Shown here one piece after another: positions 39,070-48,669 of a DNA stretch of 64,000 nucleotides. Under the pieces are notes generated by a model. It was not told the origin of the DNA and searched no databases. It saw nothing but the letters and a program-made list of their open reading frames with translations. The stretch is from positions 228,468 through 292,467 of the forward strand of contig JAWAEV010000001.1 in assembly GCA_038891095.1 (NCBI GenBank), given 5' to 3'. Each line of letters opens with the position of its first letter. Within the stretch, counting starts at the first letter, position 1. The position numbers and the translations under genes are program-made. The DNA is from Candidatus Altiarchaeota archaeon. Its GTDB lineage: Archaea; Altiarchaeota; Altiarchaeia; IMC4; QMZM01.

Positions 39070-39686
39070 ATATATTACTGCTCAATATTAAGGATTTGAA
39101 CAATGCTGAATATGAAAGAAAGGAAAGAAAAAATTTGCTAAGAACAGAATTTGGAGTTTGTGATACTGTAGCATTTTGTGGTAAACTTGAAAAAGTTGAA
39201 AAAACTGATTACGGACCAAGATTTACAATTAATGATACAGATATCATAACTGTGATAATTGGAACATTCAATAAAAATGTTAGAGAAGATGCTGAAAAAA
39301 TTATGAAAGAATTTGATAAGGATAAGGAGCAATATGTCTTGATATATGGAAATCCCTATAAAGCAGATAAGTTGTATATAAATGTGAATAACGATAATGG
39401 TGTTCTTCTTGTTGATAAAAGGGTATATGAAAAATTCCATGAGATTAGAGAGAGAAGTAACAAATATTTGTTAGAGAAAAATAAAGAAAAAATTGATAAA
39501 AAACAAAAAATTCTTAGTTCAGAAGAAATTTTAAATTTCATTAAAAAGAGAAAAACTGCAAAAATTGAAGAAATTGAGGAGGAGTTTTCAAATTTTGATA
39601 AAGAATTTATCTATGAAAAAATTCTTGAGCTTTTAGAAACAGGAAAAGTTTATGAACCAAAAGCAGGACTTATAAGCATTATATGA
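39066..39686 (+). CDS. RPA-associated/RPA32-like protein (OB fold plus C-terminal winged helix)
   Basis: R.NLLRTEFG, FTINDT, C-terminal ILELLETGKVYEPKAG wHTH; coupled to the upstream OB protein. Confidence 0.6.
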   Translation: MNILLLNIKDLNNAEYERKERKNLLRTEFGVCDTVAFCGKLEKVEKTDYGPRFTINDTDIITVIIGTFNKNVREDAEKIMKEFDKDKEQYVLIYGNPYKADKLYINVNNDNGVLLVDKRVYEKFHEIRERSNKYLLEKNKEKIDKKQKILSSEEILNFIKKRKTAKIEEIEEEFSNFDKEFIYEKILELLETGKVYEPKAGLISII

Positions 39687-39687
39687 A

Positions 39688-39806
39688 TGGGCCCGACGGG
39701 ATTTGAACCCGCGACCCCCTGGTCTCTCCTACAAATGAAAATCCATAATTTAGTCAAAACATATGGATTAAAAGCCAGGTGCTCTGCCAAACTGAGCTAC
39801 GAGCCC
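39688..39806 (-). tRNA. tRNA-Lys(UUU) with a 45-nt intron at 37/38 (intron 39724-39768)
   Basis: GGGCTCG acceptor stem, D arm GCTC/GAGC, anticodon arm CCTGG-CTTTTA^A-CCAGG, T arm GCGGG-TTCAAAT-CCCGT; 74-nt mature body; CCA not encoded. Confidence 0.93.
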
Positions 39807-39856
39807 TTCTATATGAGTAAAATATTATTATCCTCAGTATATAAAAAAGAAATCAA

Positions 39857-40021
39857 CTAAACAAAAATGCTGAATAAAATTTCTATTAATATAAAAGTAA
39901 AAACTACTGCTAATACTATCTTTGGATCAACTTTTGGGCCACCCTCATCAACATCGAAATATCTTATAAGACCTGCACCGCCTGCAAGACCAGGTACATT
40001 TTTCCTTTGCAAAATTGGCAT
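39857..40021 (-). CDS. secG: Preprotein translocase subunit Sec61beta
   Basis: Not in the ORF track (54 aa): MPILQRKNVPGLAGGAGLIRYFDVDEGGPKVDPKIVLAVVFTFILIEILFSIFV; hallmark AGLIRYF..E..KVDP followed by a TM helix. Confidence 0.92.
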   Translation of the reverse strand: MPILQRKNVPGLAGGAGLIRYFDVDEGGPKVDPKIVLAVVFTFILIEILFSIFV

Positions 40022-40054
40022 TTTCAATAGAATATTAGCATTAAAATTAAAAAA

Positions 40055-41455
40055 TTAATATGTTTTTGCAATTCTCACCTCTTTACCTTCTTTTTGGCAA
40101 ACTACACATTTTTGCATTTTATCAGAGACATTTAAAAAACTAAAACCTGATATCTCAATTTTTTCTGCACAACTCATGCTGCCACACCAACCAGTAGTTA
40201 CAATACCTTTCGAAAGATATTTTTTCAATTCTTCAAAATTTTTTGCATTGAAAAGCATTTCATTAAATTTTTTCTCTGCTCTCTCACGGAGGCTTTTTTC
40301 AATTTCAGATAGCAAAAAATTTATTTTCTTTTTTGATAGTTCAGAGAAGTTAAATTGCTCTCTTTTCAGGTTATCTCTTCTGACAATTGTTATTTTTTTC
40401 GCATCTAAATCTCTTGGGCCAATTTCAATTCTCAGTGGTACACCTTTCATTTCCCAGAAATAATATCTTGCTCCAGGTCTTTCATCAGTTATATCAACAT
40501 ATGTCCTAAAACTACTTTTTAATTTCTTCTCAACTTTTTTTGCATATGCTAAAATTTCTTCCTTTTTTGATTTTTTATAGAGTATTGGAATTATGACAAT
40601 TTGTATTGGCGCAACTCTTGGCGGAAGAATAATGCCATGCTTATCAGAATGAATACAAATTATTGCAGCAAGTAATCTCCCAAAACTAGGAGCATAGGAA
40701 CTTTGATATGGATACTGCTTCTCCCCATTTTCATCTTCGAATGTAAGGTTAAAAACTTTTGAAAAATTTTGTCCAAGATTGTGCCATGTGGCACATTGCA
40801 ATGTTTTTCCATCTGGCATTATCACATCAAAGGCATATGTCTCATTCGCTCCAGGAAATTTATCCCACTCTGGTCTTTTATTAAATTGAAATTTTAAGCA
40901 GAGAAGTTCTGTTATAAGCTTTGTATAAATTTCTTTAATTTCTTCATGATTTTTTGCTAATGCCTCTTTTGAAGGATATGCTGTATGTCCCTCGTTCCAT
41001 AGAAACTCTCGACCTCTTATTAATGGTCTTGTGTGTTTTGTTTCATATCTATAAACAGCGGAAGGATGATGAATTTTAAAAGGTAAATCTTTATGGCTTT
41101 TTATCCATAATTTGAACATCTCATATAGTGGAGTTTCTGATGTTGGTCTTAATGCTAACTTCTCTTCTAATTTATTTTTTCCTGCATGAGTAACCCAAAA
41201 TACTTGGTCTTCAAAACCAGCAATATGTTTTGATTCCTTTAGCAATAACCTTTCAGGAATTAGAACAGGCATGAATAATGGCTCATGTCCATTTTCTTCA
41301 AGAAGAGTTGTAAGGAAATTGCTCATTTCTCGGATAATTTTAAATCCCCAGTCTCGATAGATTAACATTCCCTTTACAGGATATCTCTGATCAACAATTT
41401 TTGCATCTTCTAGAATTTTGTGATACCACTCTGAGAAACTATCTTCTGCCTCCAT
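40055..41455 (-). CDS. proS: Proline--tRNA ligase (archaeal/eukaryotic type)
   Basis: FSEWY, RYPVKG, LALRPTSET, RYETKHTRPLIR.REF.W.EGHT, HNLGQNFSK, C-terminal AKTY. Confidence 0.98.
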   Translation of the reverse strand: MEAEDSFSEWYHKILEDAKIVDQRYPVKGMLIYRDWGFKIIREMSNFLTTLLEENGHEPLFMPVLIPERLLLKESKHIAGFEDQVFWVTHAGKNKLEEKLALRPTSETPLYEMFKLWIKSHKDLPFKIHHPSAVYRYETKHTRPLIRGREFLWNEGHTAYPSKEALAKNHEEIKEIYTKLITELLCLKFQFNKRPEWDKFPGANETYAFDVIMPDGKTLQCATWHNLGQNFSKVFNLTFEDENGEKQYPYQSSYAPSFGRLLAAIICIHSDKHGIILPPRVAPIQIVIIPILYKKSKKEEILAYAKKVEKKLKSSFRTYVDITDERPGARYYFWEMKGVPLRIEIGPRDLDAKKITIVRRDNLKREQFNFSELSKKKINFLLSEIEKSLRERAEKKFNEMLFNAKNFEELKKYLSKGIVTTGWCGSMSCAEKIEISGFSFLNVSDKMQKCVVCQKEGKEVRIAKTY

Positions 41456-41558
41456 TTCTTAAAAGTATAGAAATTAAAAAATAAAAGAGAAAAAGAAAAA
41501 ATCTCAATCTTTTTTTCCAAATCATTAAATCCTTAGAGGATTTATGATAAGGATAGAA

Positions 41559-41708
41559 TTAGAACCTTTTAGGTCTGTGCTTTTGATAGCACTCTCTGCA
41601 GTATACAGGCCTATCGCCTGCTGGCTTGAAAGGAACCTCTGCCTCTGCTCCACAATCAGAGCAGGTAATTTTGTAGGTTTTCCTTTCATAGCCCCTATTT
41701 TCTGCCAT
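41559..41708 (-). CDS. CxxC-x17-CxxC zinc-finger domain protein
   Basis: Not in the ORF track (49 aa): MAENRGYERKTYKITCSDCGAEAEVPFKPAGDRPVYCRECYQKHRPKRF; GGAGGT SD upstream. Confidence 0.92.
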   Translation of the reverse strand: MAENRGYERKTYKITCSDCGAEAEVPFKPAGDRPVYCRECYQKHRPKRF

Positions 41709-41772
41709 TCTATATATACCTCCATATATATTTTATGTGTCAGTATTTAGATTACTTGCTTAAAAATGCAAC

Positions 41773-42336
41773 TTATTCAATCCATTTTAAAATTTTAACT
41801 TTTCTTTCAGGTATTGGCTTCTCTTCAGCAGGATAACCAAATATAAGAAATGCAGTAATTTCATGATCATCTGGAATTCCGAGTTCTCTTCTTGTTTTTA
41901 TGTCTTTATTTATACCATCAGCTAAACCAATCCAGCAGCTTCCTAAACCAAGAGAATGAGCAGCAAGGAACATATTCTGAACAGCAAGTGCTGTATCTTC
42001 TCTACGCCATTTCAAATTTTTTTTGCAGGTTATTATAATTAGCAATGGTGCATTATAGAAAATTAAGTCGTCTTTACTTGTTATTCTCTCATAAAATTTC
42101 ATCCCTAATCCAATTAAATGTAAAGTTTTTTTTGCTTTTTCTGAAAGTTCTTTTATCTTTTCTTTATTCTCAATAACAATAAAATTCCAGGGAAATTCAT
42201 GCATTGCAGACGGTGCATAAACACCACATTCTAAAATTTTTTTAATTACTTCTTTTGGAATTTTTTTGTTAAGATATTTACGGATACTTCTGCGTTTCTT
42301 TATTGCATCAATTATAGGGTTATCTATGTTTTCCAA
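41773..42336 (-). CDS. Nitroreductase family protein
   Basis: IKKRRSIRKY, APSA...PW.F, AVQNMFLAAHSLGLGSCWIG, FGYP. Confidence 0.95.
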   Translation of the reverse strand: MENIDNPIIDAIKKRRSIRKYLNKKIPKEVIKKILECGVYAPSAMHEFPWNFIVIENKEKIKELSEKAKKTLHLIGLGMKFYERITSKDDLIFYNAPLLIIITCKKNLKWRREDTALAVQNMFLAAHSLGLGSCWIGLADGINKDIKTRRELGIPDDHEITAFLIFGYPAEEKPIPERKVKILKWIE

Positions 42337-42337
42337 T

Positions 42338-42535
42338 TTAAGAGCTTATTTTCCACAAAAATTTTAAATTGAGCTTTGAGGATAAAAACCCAGTGAAAAA
42401 ATAAATTGCTATTAAGTAAAAAACTGCAAATTTTTCAATTTCTCCTTTGAGAGTTAGCAATCCAAACAAAAATAAGATGGCTCCTAAAACTCCTATTGCA
42501 ACTGATCTAAAAAATTCATTTACTAATTTTTTCAT
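42338..42535 (-). CDS. Small two-TM hypothetical protein
   Basis: Fills the gap inside a co-oriented operon; two hydrophobic helices. Confidence 0.6.
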   Translation of the reverse strand: MKKLVNEFFRSVAIGVLGAILFLFGLLTLKGEIEKFAVFYLIAIYFFTGFLSSKLNLKFLWKISS

Positions 42536-42537
42536 AA

Positions 42538-43710
42538 CTATAAAAAATTTTTAACTAATGTTAATAACTTTGGATGCTTTAATGCTTTCTTGAAAACTTC
42601 AACATATGCGCCTCTTGAGAGTTGTGCTAAATCTTCACCATTCCAGACTTTTGCAAGATAGTTCATATCTTCATCACTCAGCTTTTCTGCAAAATTTCTT
42701 ATCTTTAAAACTTTACTTAATCGCTCTCCATGAGATGCCCACCAATCTCTTTCATATTCCTTCAAAATTTTTATATCATTTTCAGCAATTGCTTTAGTTA
42801 TTTTTTCACCTGCAATCCTCCCAGCAGACATTGCTTCATAAATGCCTCCGCCATGTATTGGGTTTACTTGGCGAGCAGCATCTCCAACAACAAGCAAATT
42901 ATCTCTTACAAGTTCCTTAAGGAGACCACCAACTGGAACAGCACCAACATTCACCTCTAAGATACTACCATTCCTTAAACCTTCGTTCTCGTTTATAAAT
43001 TTATCAAGATAAAATTTTGCATTTTTTTCCTTTGATGTCCCTGAAATTCCAATGCCAACATTCGCTCTGTCGTTATCCTTAGGGAATACCCAACAATATC
43101 CACGAGGAGCAACTTCATTACCTAAGTAAATATGAATTAAATCTGGCTCATCTATTGCTATGTTAGCCATTTCATATTCCATACAAGAATCCAAATGCAC
43201 TTGTGCTAATGTTGAGTTTATTCCTGCTTCTCTTGCAATTACAGAATCAACACCATCTGCAGCAACAACAATTTTTGCCCTTATTTTTATCTCTTCACCA
43301 AATTGTATTGCGTTCACACCAACAATTTTTCCATTTTCTTTCCATAAAGAAGCTTTTGTGTCTGCAAAGACATCTGCCCCAGCTCTTGCCGCCTCAGAAG
43401 CTAAAAATTTGTCAAAAATTTTTCTCTCAATAATATAGCCTGAAATTTCATCATATCTCAGCTTTATTTTTGTTTTATCAGGAGCATATGCTATAAAACC
43501 ATAAATTTCTTTATTTATAAACCTCCTGTCCTTTGGTATATTTAATTCATTAAATAGCCTTACACCAACACCTTCACCACATCTCTTTGGTGAACCAATT
43601 TCTGTATGTTTATCAAGTAATAAAACATTAGCATTCTTTGCAGCATAAATTGCAGTTGTTGCTCCTGCCGGACCTGAGCCGATAATAACAACATCGTAGC
43701 TATCATTCAT
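42538..43710 (-). CDS. Digeranylgeranylglycerophospholipid reductase (geranylgeranyl reductase)
   Basis: GSGPAG, RCGEG, ERKIFDK.LA..A..AGA, AADG..S, APRGYCWVFPK, VGDAARQVNPIHGGGI. Confidence 0.92.
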   Translation of the reverse strand: MNDSYDVVIIGSGPAGATTAIYAAKNANVLLLDKHTEIGSPKRCGEGVGVRLFNELNIPKDRRFINKEIYGFIAYAPDKTKIKLRYDEISGYIIERKIFDKFLASEAARAGADVFADTKASLWKENGKIVGVNAIQFGEEIKIRAKIVVAADGVDSVIAREAGINSTLAQVHLDSCMEYEMANIAIDEPDLIHIYLGNEVAPRGYCWVFPKDNDRANVGIGISGTSKEKNAKFYLDKFINENEGLRNGSILEVNVGAVPVGGLLKELVRDNLLVVGDAARQVNPIHGGGIYEAMSAGRIAGEKITKAIAENDIKILKEYERDWWASHGERLSKVLKIRNFAEKLSDEDMNYLAKVWNGEDLAQLSRGAYVEVFKKALKHPKLLTLVKNFL

Positions 43711-43880
43711 TTTTCAATTAGCTTGTCAATGTCTATTAAACCTAATGGACATGCTTTTTCACAAATTTTACATGAAATGCATCTCTTCGGATCAATTTCA
43801 GCACAACTTTCTAAGGTTATAGCCATTTTTGGGCATACTGCAACACAACCGCCACAAGAATAGCATCCTTTGATTTTCAT
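43707..43880 (-). CDS. 2x[4Fe-4S] ferredoxin
   Basis: Not in the ORF track (57 aa): CYSCGGCVAVCP ... CISCKICEKACP; coupled to the GGR gene (ATGA). Confidence 0.93.
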   Translation of the reverse strand: MKIKGCYSCGGCVAVCPKMAITLESCAEIDPKRCISCKICEKACPLGLIDIDKLIEK

Positions 43881-43933
43881 ATTAAAGCTTTAATTATTTT
43901 GCTTTTTTTATTTAAGAATTATTTAGCTAAATT

Positions 43934-44620
43934 TTAAGAATCAGAAATTATCTTACCATCCTTAAGTTTAATCAGCCTTTTTGCTTTTTTTGCTATAAGC
44001 GGATCATGAGTTATAATGATAAGAGTTTTATTTTCTCTCTTGTTTAACTCCCATAAAAGTTCAATTATTTTCTCCCCTGTTTTTGTGTCAAGGTTTCCAG
44101 TTGGCTCATCAGCAAGAATTACCTCAGGATTATTAGCAAGAGCTCTTGCAATTGCAACTCTTTGTTGCTCACCACCTGAGAGTTCAGTAGGTTTATTTTT
44201 TTCTTTATCTTTAAGATCAACCAATGAGAGCAACTCTCTCACTCTTCTTTTCCTATCTTCCTTTGGAATTCCCTTAAATCTCATAGGTAGCTCTATATTC
44301 TCAAATGTTGTAATTCCTGAGATTAAATTAAATTGCTGAAAAACAAAGCCAAATTTTTCTCTTCTAAGTTTTGCTTTCTCAAATCCATTTAGTTTAGAAA
44401 CTGCTATGTTCTCTATATAAATTTCACCACTTGTTGGCGTGTCAAGACAACTTATTAAGTTTAACAAGGTTGATTTTCCAGAGCCACTTGGGCCGGTTAT
44501 ACTAAGAAATTCCCCAGAAAAAATTTTTAGATTTATTTCCTTTAGTGCAGTAAATTCATTTGCTTTGCCTATGTTATATTTCTTAGAAACATTCTCACAA
44601 ACTATTTCTGTTTTATTCAT
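43934..44620 (-). CDS. ABC transporter ATP-binding protein (LolD/MacB type)
   Basis: [46 protein letters not shown]. Start reassigned to ATG 44620. Confidence 0.96.
   Translation of the reverse strand: MNKTEIVCENVSKKYNIGKANEFTALKEINLKIFSGEFLSITGPSGSGKSTLLNLISCLDTPTSGEIYIENIAVSKLNGFEKAKLRREKFGFVFQQFNLISGITTFENIELPMRFKGIPKEDRKRRVRELLSLVDLKDKEKNKPTELSGGEQQRVAIARALANNPEVILADEPTGNLDTKTGEKIIELLWELNKRENKTLIIITHDPLIAKKAKRLIKLKDGKIISDS
44094..44196. repeat. 103-bp perfect direct repeat, copy 1 (copy 2 at 52941-53043)
   Basis: Base-by-base identical to 52941-53043; encodes the signature/Walker B region of the two ATPases. Confidence 0.92.
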
Positions 44621-45845
44621 ATCTAAGCACCTCAATAGGGTCAAGTCGTGAAGCATTCCATGCAGGATAAATTCCTGCCAAAATTCCAAGAATAAGAGCA
44701 AATCCTAAGCCAAGAACTATTAAATCTAAAGTTAAAATTGCGGTAAATTGTGTAAATTTTGGTATCAAAAAAGTTGCGATGTAGCCAACTAACACACCTA
44801 TTGCCCCACCAAAAAAGCTAATTATTGCTGACTCTTGGAGAACTTGTATTAGAATTGTGGTTGTTGTAGCACCTATTGCTTTCATTATGCCTATTTCTTT
44901 CCTCCTCTCCATTATTGACATTATCATAGTATTCATAACTCCTAAACTACCAACTATAGCAGAAACAGCAGCAATTCCAAGAACAGCTAATTGTATGGTG
45001 CTAAGAGTAGACTCAAGTTGTCTTATCATAGTAACAATTGAGAATGCCCTTACATCATCAAAAAAATTATTTATATCCTCAGTAATTGACTCCACTAAAC
45101 TTATATCAGAAACCCTAACTTGTAATGAAGAAATTGTATCGTCATTTTCAATTTCTTGCATTGTTTTTAGTGGTACATATGCTGCGTTGTCTATGTTGCT
45201 ATCTCCTGTCTGTTCAAGAATGCCTATAACTTCAAAGAAAAAACTCTCTATATCTGTAGAATTTTCTGTTCTCCTTTGATATTCTATTTCATCTCCAATG
45301 TTAAGGTTCTGTAATTCTGCTTGGTTATAGCCTAAAAGAACAACTTCTTTTCCATTATCAGTCTCGTCAAATTTTCTACCCTCTAAAGTTATTGTTTTTT
45401 CACCTATTATATAATCCAAATCCTCAGGATTTATTGCAGTGAAAGTCAATGTTGTTGCTCCTATACCACCACTTGTGCTTGGAAGAAGTCTACCTATTCC
45501 ACCGCCAGAAAATAACTGTCTTCCTGACATGAATCCAAACTCTCTGCCACGAAAAACTCTTGTTATTCTGTAGTTTGCTATTGGCACAACTGCCTCAACT
45601 CCTGTAATATATTTTATACCTTCAATTGTATCCTCTGAAATTCCTATGTCATTGTCTGTTGCCCTGACAGTTATAATTGCTGCAACACTTCCAACCTGTT
45701 TTTGAATTTGAGCATTAAGTCCTGCACCAATTGAACCTAAAATTAATATTAAACCTATGCCAAGAGTTATGCCAAGTATTGTTAGAAAACTCCTTACTTT
45801 GTGCCTAAGGATATTTTTTATAGCTATGTCAAGCATTTCAAACAA
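44613..45845 (-). CDS. MacB/FtsX-type ABC permease
   Basis: RSFLTILGI.LG, large extracellular domain, GVMNTMIMSIMERRKEIGIMKAIGA, YPAW.AS.LDPIE.LRYE. Confidence 0.93.
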   Translation of the reverse strand: MFEMLDIAIKNILRHKVRSFLTILGITLGIGLILILGSIGAGLNAQIQKQVGSVAAIITVRATDNDIGISEDTIEGIKYITGVEAVVPIANYRITRVFRGREFGFMSGRQLFSGGGIGRLLPSTSGGIGATTLTFTAINPEDLDYIIGEKTITLEGRKFDETDNGKEVVLLGYNQAELQNLNIGDEIEYQRRTENSTDIESFFFEVIGILEQTGDSNIDNAAYVPLKTMQEIENDDTISSLQVRVSDISLVESITEDINNFFDDVRAFSIVTMIRQLESTLSTIQLAVLGIAAVSAIVGSLGVMNTMIMSIMERRKEIGIMKAIGATTTTILIQVLQESAIISFFGGAIGVLVGYIATFLIPKFTQFTAILTLDLIVLGLGFALILGILAGIYPAWNASRLDPIEVLRYE

Positions 45846-45851
45846 TGGGCA

Positions 45852-47540
45852 TTACTTATTTGAAAATTTTTTTGATATAAAACCTGGAAGTATAGGCTCG
45901 CTCTTTAATTTTCTATATATTATGAAAATTAGTATCAAAGCTGCTATGACATAAAAAGCATAAACTAAAAAATCGTTTGTACCTCTACTGCCTCTTAAAC
46001 TACTTGTATTACCTGCACTACCAACTAATGCTTCCCTGATGGTTATTCTCTCTGTTTGTGTTATTCTCTGATTATTTAATCCTGTGTATTCCAAAGTTAG
46101 TAATGCCTGCCCATAATTTTGAACAGAAAAAGTGAATGTTGCTTGCTTTCCTGGCTTAATATCTGATTTATAAGAAACAAAAGATTGCTGACTTATCTGT
46201 CTTGAGAAATTTCCAAATTGAGTTCTATTAGAAAATCTTGCCCTTCTTTCAGAAATTTGTTGTTGGGAGAAATTCTGTTCTTGTGATATTTGCTGGAAAT
46301 CCTCTGGAATTGTATAGAAAGTTAGTGTTGCCTTTACAGCTTCTGCAGTTCTTGTACCTAAATTTGCCACATCTATTGTTATAGCGCCTCTACTTGTTGC
46401 TACATTTATTACCTCAAGCAAAACCTTGCCACTTACATCAATTCCTATATCTTTTTCAGCAATATAAGAAATGCCACCAACTTTATATAGAATTTTTAAT
46501 GGTATGGAATAAACTTTTGTTTCTGCATCCCAACTAATAGCAATGTCAAATTCCACTTCAAAAATTTCACCAGGGAGAACTTTACTGATATACCTTTCAT
46601 TTGTGTTAACTGGAACAAATGGGCTAGTTAAAGAAAGTAAAACAGTAACATCATCAGCTTCTGTCTTACCAACATTCTTTAAAATTAATTTTATTTTTAC
46701 ATTATCTCCTGGACTTGGAGATGAATAACTAATGTTCAGTATTTTAAAATCAACACTGGTGTCTTCTATGTTGAGTCCTATGGATAACTCATCAGATGCT
46801 ACTTCCCCTGAGGCATCAATATATGAGAGTGAAAGCAAAGCAACACAAGTACCTGCTGTATTTGGTTTTATTTTATAATCTACCACAAAATTTTTATTTG
46901 GAGAGATTTCACTTATATACCTCCTTGATGAACCAATTATTGTCATGCAATTTGAAGTTGATGATAAACCTAAAGTTAAATCTTTTAGATAGTCTCCAGA
47001 AATTACAACTAAGGTTAGATTATCAACATTGCCTCTTATATAATCTGTCTTTTGTGCTGAAATTTGAAAATTTGGATTTGAATAGATTCTTATAGGAATT
47101 TCCCAATTAGTGTATAAATTTTCTTTTTTTGCGCCATAAGAGTCATAACCATCATAATATATCGTTACTGGTATTGAAGTAAGTCCTGTTTTAGCATCAT
47201 TAGCTATTGTTATCATAACTTGCAATTTTTTGCTCTCTTGAGCATCCATTGTACCTATGTAAAATTTTTTATTTACTTTAACATAAGTAGTTTCTTTAAT
47301 CCAAATTTCAACCTTTTCTGCTTTTTGGCTGCCAGTATTTTTAACAACTAAGGTTAGAAGCCCGGTATCTCCTTTTCTCAAATTTGAGTCAATAGATGTA
47401 GCGCCTATGTCAACCATAACATTTGTTGGTGCAGTAGTATTAGTTCTGGATGTTGCAGAGCTTACAGTATCAACACTAGTAATCAAAAAAATAGTTACAA
47501 CTACAACTGCAAAAAATATCTTTTCCAAATTATCTTTCAT
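45852..47540 (-). CDS. COG1361 S-layer-domain (CARDB-like repeats) protein with a C-terminal TM
   Basis: Signal peptide, repeated KN.G...A..V Ig-like units, Gln-rich insert, TM anchor; GAGGTGA SD. Confidence 0.8.
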   Translation of the reverse strand: MKDNLEKIFFAVVVVTIFLITSVDTVSSATSRTNTTAPTNVMVDIGATSIDSNLRKGDTGLLTLVVKNTGSQKAEKVEIWIKETTYVKVNKKFYIGTMDAQESKKLQVMITIANDAKTGLTSIPVTIYYDGYDSYGAKKENLYTNWEIPIRIYSNPNFQISAQKTDYIRGNVDNLTLVVISGDYLKDLTLGLSSTSNCMTIIGSSRRYISEISPNKNFVVDYKIKPNTAGTCVALLSLSYIDASGEVASDELSIGLNIEDTSVDFKILNISYSSPSPGDNVKIKLILKNVGKTEADDVTVLLSLTSPFVPVNTNERYISKVLPGEIFEVEFDIAISWDAETKVYSIPLKILYKVGGISYIAEKDIGIDVSGKVLLEVINVATSRGAITIDVANLGTRTAEAVKATLTFYTIPEDFQQISQEQNFSQQQISERRARFSNRTQFGNFSRQISQQSFVSYKSDIKPGKQATFTFSVQNYGQALLTLEYTGLNNQRITQTERITIREALVGSAGNTSSLRGSRGTNDFLVYAFYVIAALILIFIIYRKLKSEPILPGFISKKFSNK

Positions 47541-47621
47541 TTTAATTTTTCACCTCGTAGTTTGATTGTTCTTTTTGATTATTTGTTATTTTATTTTGGA
47601 CATTCTAGCAGTATCTGAGAG

Positions 47622-48002
47622 TTACATTCCTCTTTTTTCGCGAATTTTTTGTAAAGCTTCTTGTACTTCATTTTCAGATGCATTACTAGATAGATTTAAC
47701 CTTCTTCTCAATCCAAAAAGTCTGTTACTGATATTACCAGACCAATTATGCTCTTCTCCACCAAATTGTGTAATATTCCACATACTTCTTTTTCTATGGT
47801 CTATGCCCATCCGTGGCCATCCACTTCTGTTTTCCATGCTACCGTTAAAAGGACGACCAAAAATTGGTTTGTTTTGAGTAAGCTGATTGTAACTTTCCAT
47901 ATTGCTAAGAGAGTTAGAATTATTGGAACTATTATTGTTGATACACCCAGATATTAAAATGGAGCAAACAACCAAAAATATTTTGGTTACTTCTTTTTTC
48001 AT
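47622..48002 (-). CDS. Small low-complexity lipoprotein-like protein
   Basis: MKKEVTKIFLVVCSILISGC lipobox-like N-terminus; Asn/Ser/Arg/Gly-rich. Start reassigned to ATG 48002. Confidence 0.6.
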   Translation of the reverse strand: MKKEVTKIFLVVCSILISGCINNNSSNNSNSLSNMESYNQLTQNKPIFGRPFNGSMENRSGWPRMGIDHRKRSMWNITQFGGEEHNWSGNISNRLFGLRRRLNLSSNASENEVQEALQKIREKRGM

Positions 48003-48027
48003 TTTTTCGATTCTTATTTTTATTCTC

Positions 48028-48085
48028 TGAAACCAAATATAAACTGCTAATGAAACAAACTGAAACAAGTAACAAATTGAAACAA
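48028..48085. promoter_or_regulatory. TGAAAC(A/C)A direct-repeat array, candidate operator
   Basis: Copies at 48028, 48051, 48061 and 48078 in the divergent intergenic region. Confidence 0.55.
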
Positions 48086-48095
48086 TAAAAACAAA

Positions 48096-48656
48096 ATGTA
48101 TAGAAAATATAGAATTTTAATGGTCTTATGTCTAGCATATGGTGGTTTTTTATTGATGACTTATATCTTTATGGTATACTCTATACTAACAAAAAATGAG
48201 GTTATTGGGATTTATCCTTTTCAATCTAGAAGATTTGGAAGAGTTTTTGGAAATGAGAGTACGAGGCTTGAAAGATTTTTGATTAATGAAAGCAAACAGA
48301 ATATTATGATAGAAAGGAGAGAGCCAATAGAGCTACTTTTTTCACCATTGCTTCTTGCATTTCTGATAGGTGGTTTGCTTTCAATAACTAGTGGCGTTGC
48401 ATTGTGGCAACTAACAAGAGTAAAGGAATTAAAGGAATTTAAAGAAAAATTAACATCAACATTGCTTACTGAAGAAGAAAAGAAGATACTAAATGAATTA
48501 GAAAAAAATAATGGTGAGCTAACACAAAAAGAACTAACAGATAGGACAGGATTCTCAAGAGTAAAAGTACACAGACTAATTGAAAAATTAAAAGCAAAAA
48601 AACTTGTGAAAAAATACGCATATGGCCAAACAAACAAAATTATTATTGAGTCTTAA
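48096..48656 (+). CDS. Membrane-tethered winged-helix transcriptional regulator
   Basis: Two TMs, then LTEEEKKIL..L....GELTQKEL...TGFSRVKVHR....L..K.LV.K..YG.TNKI. Confidence 0.88.
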   Translation: MYRKYRILMVLCLAYGGFLLMTYIFMVYSILTKNEVIGIYPFQSRRFGRVFGNESTRLERFLINESKQNIMIERREPIELLFSPLLLAFLIGGLLSITSGVALWQLTRVKELKEFKEKLTSTLLTEEEKKILNELEKNNGELTQKELTDRTGFSRVKVHRLIEKLKAKKLVKKYAYGQTNKIIIES

Positions 48657-48669
48657 AGATAATTTTAGT

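Noticed and set aside
39600-39900. tRNA as an integration site for a mobile element
   Set aside because: No integrase and no duplicated tRNA 3' end seen; the flanks are housekeeping genes.
39867-40058. 63-aa + strand ORF
   Set aside because: Antisense shadow of Sec61beta (39857-40021, -).
41525-41750. ORF-track 66-aa (-) and 68-aa (+) ORFs
   Set aside because: The real gene is the 49-aa CxxC-x17-CxxC protein in another minus frame (41559-41708), which has an SD and a recognisable motif.
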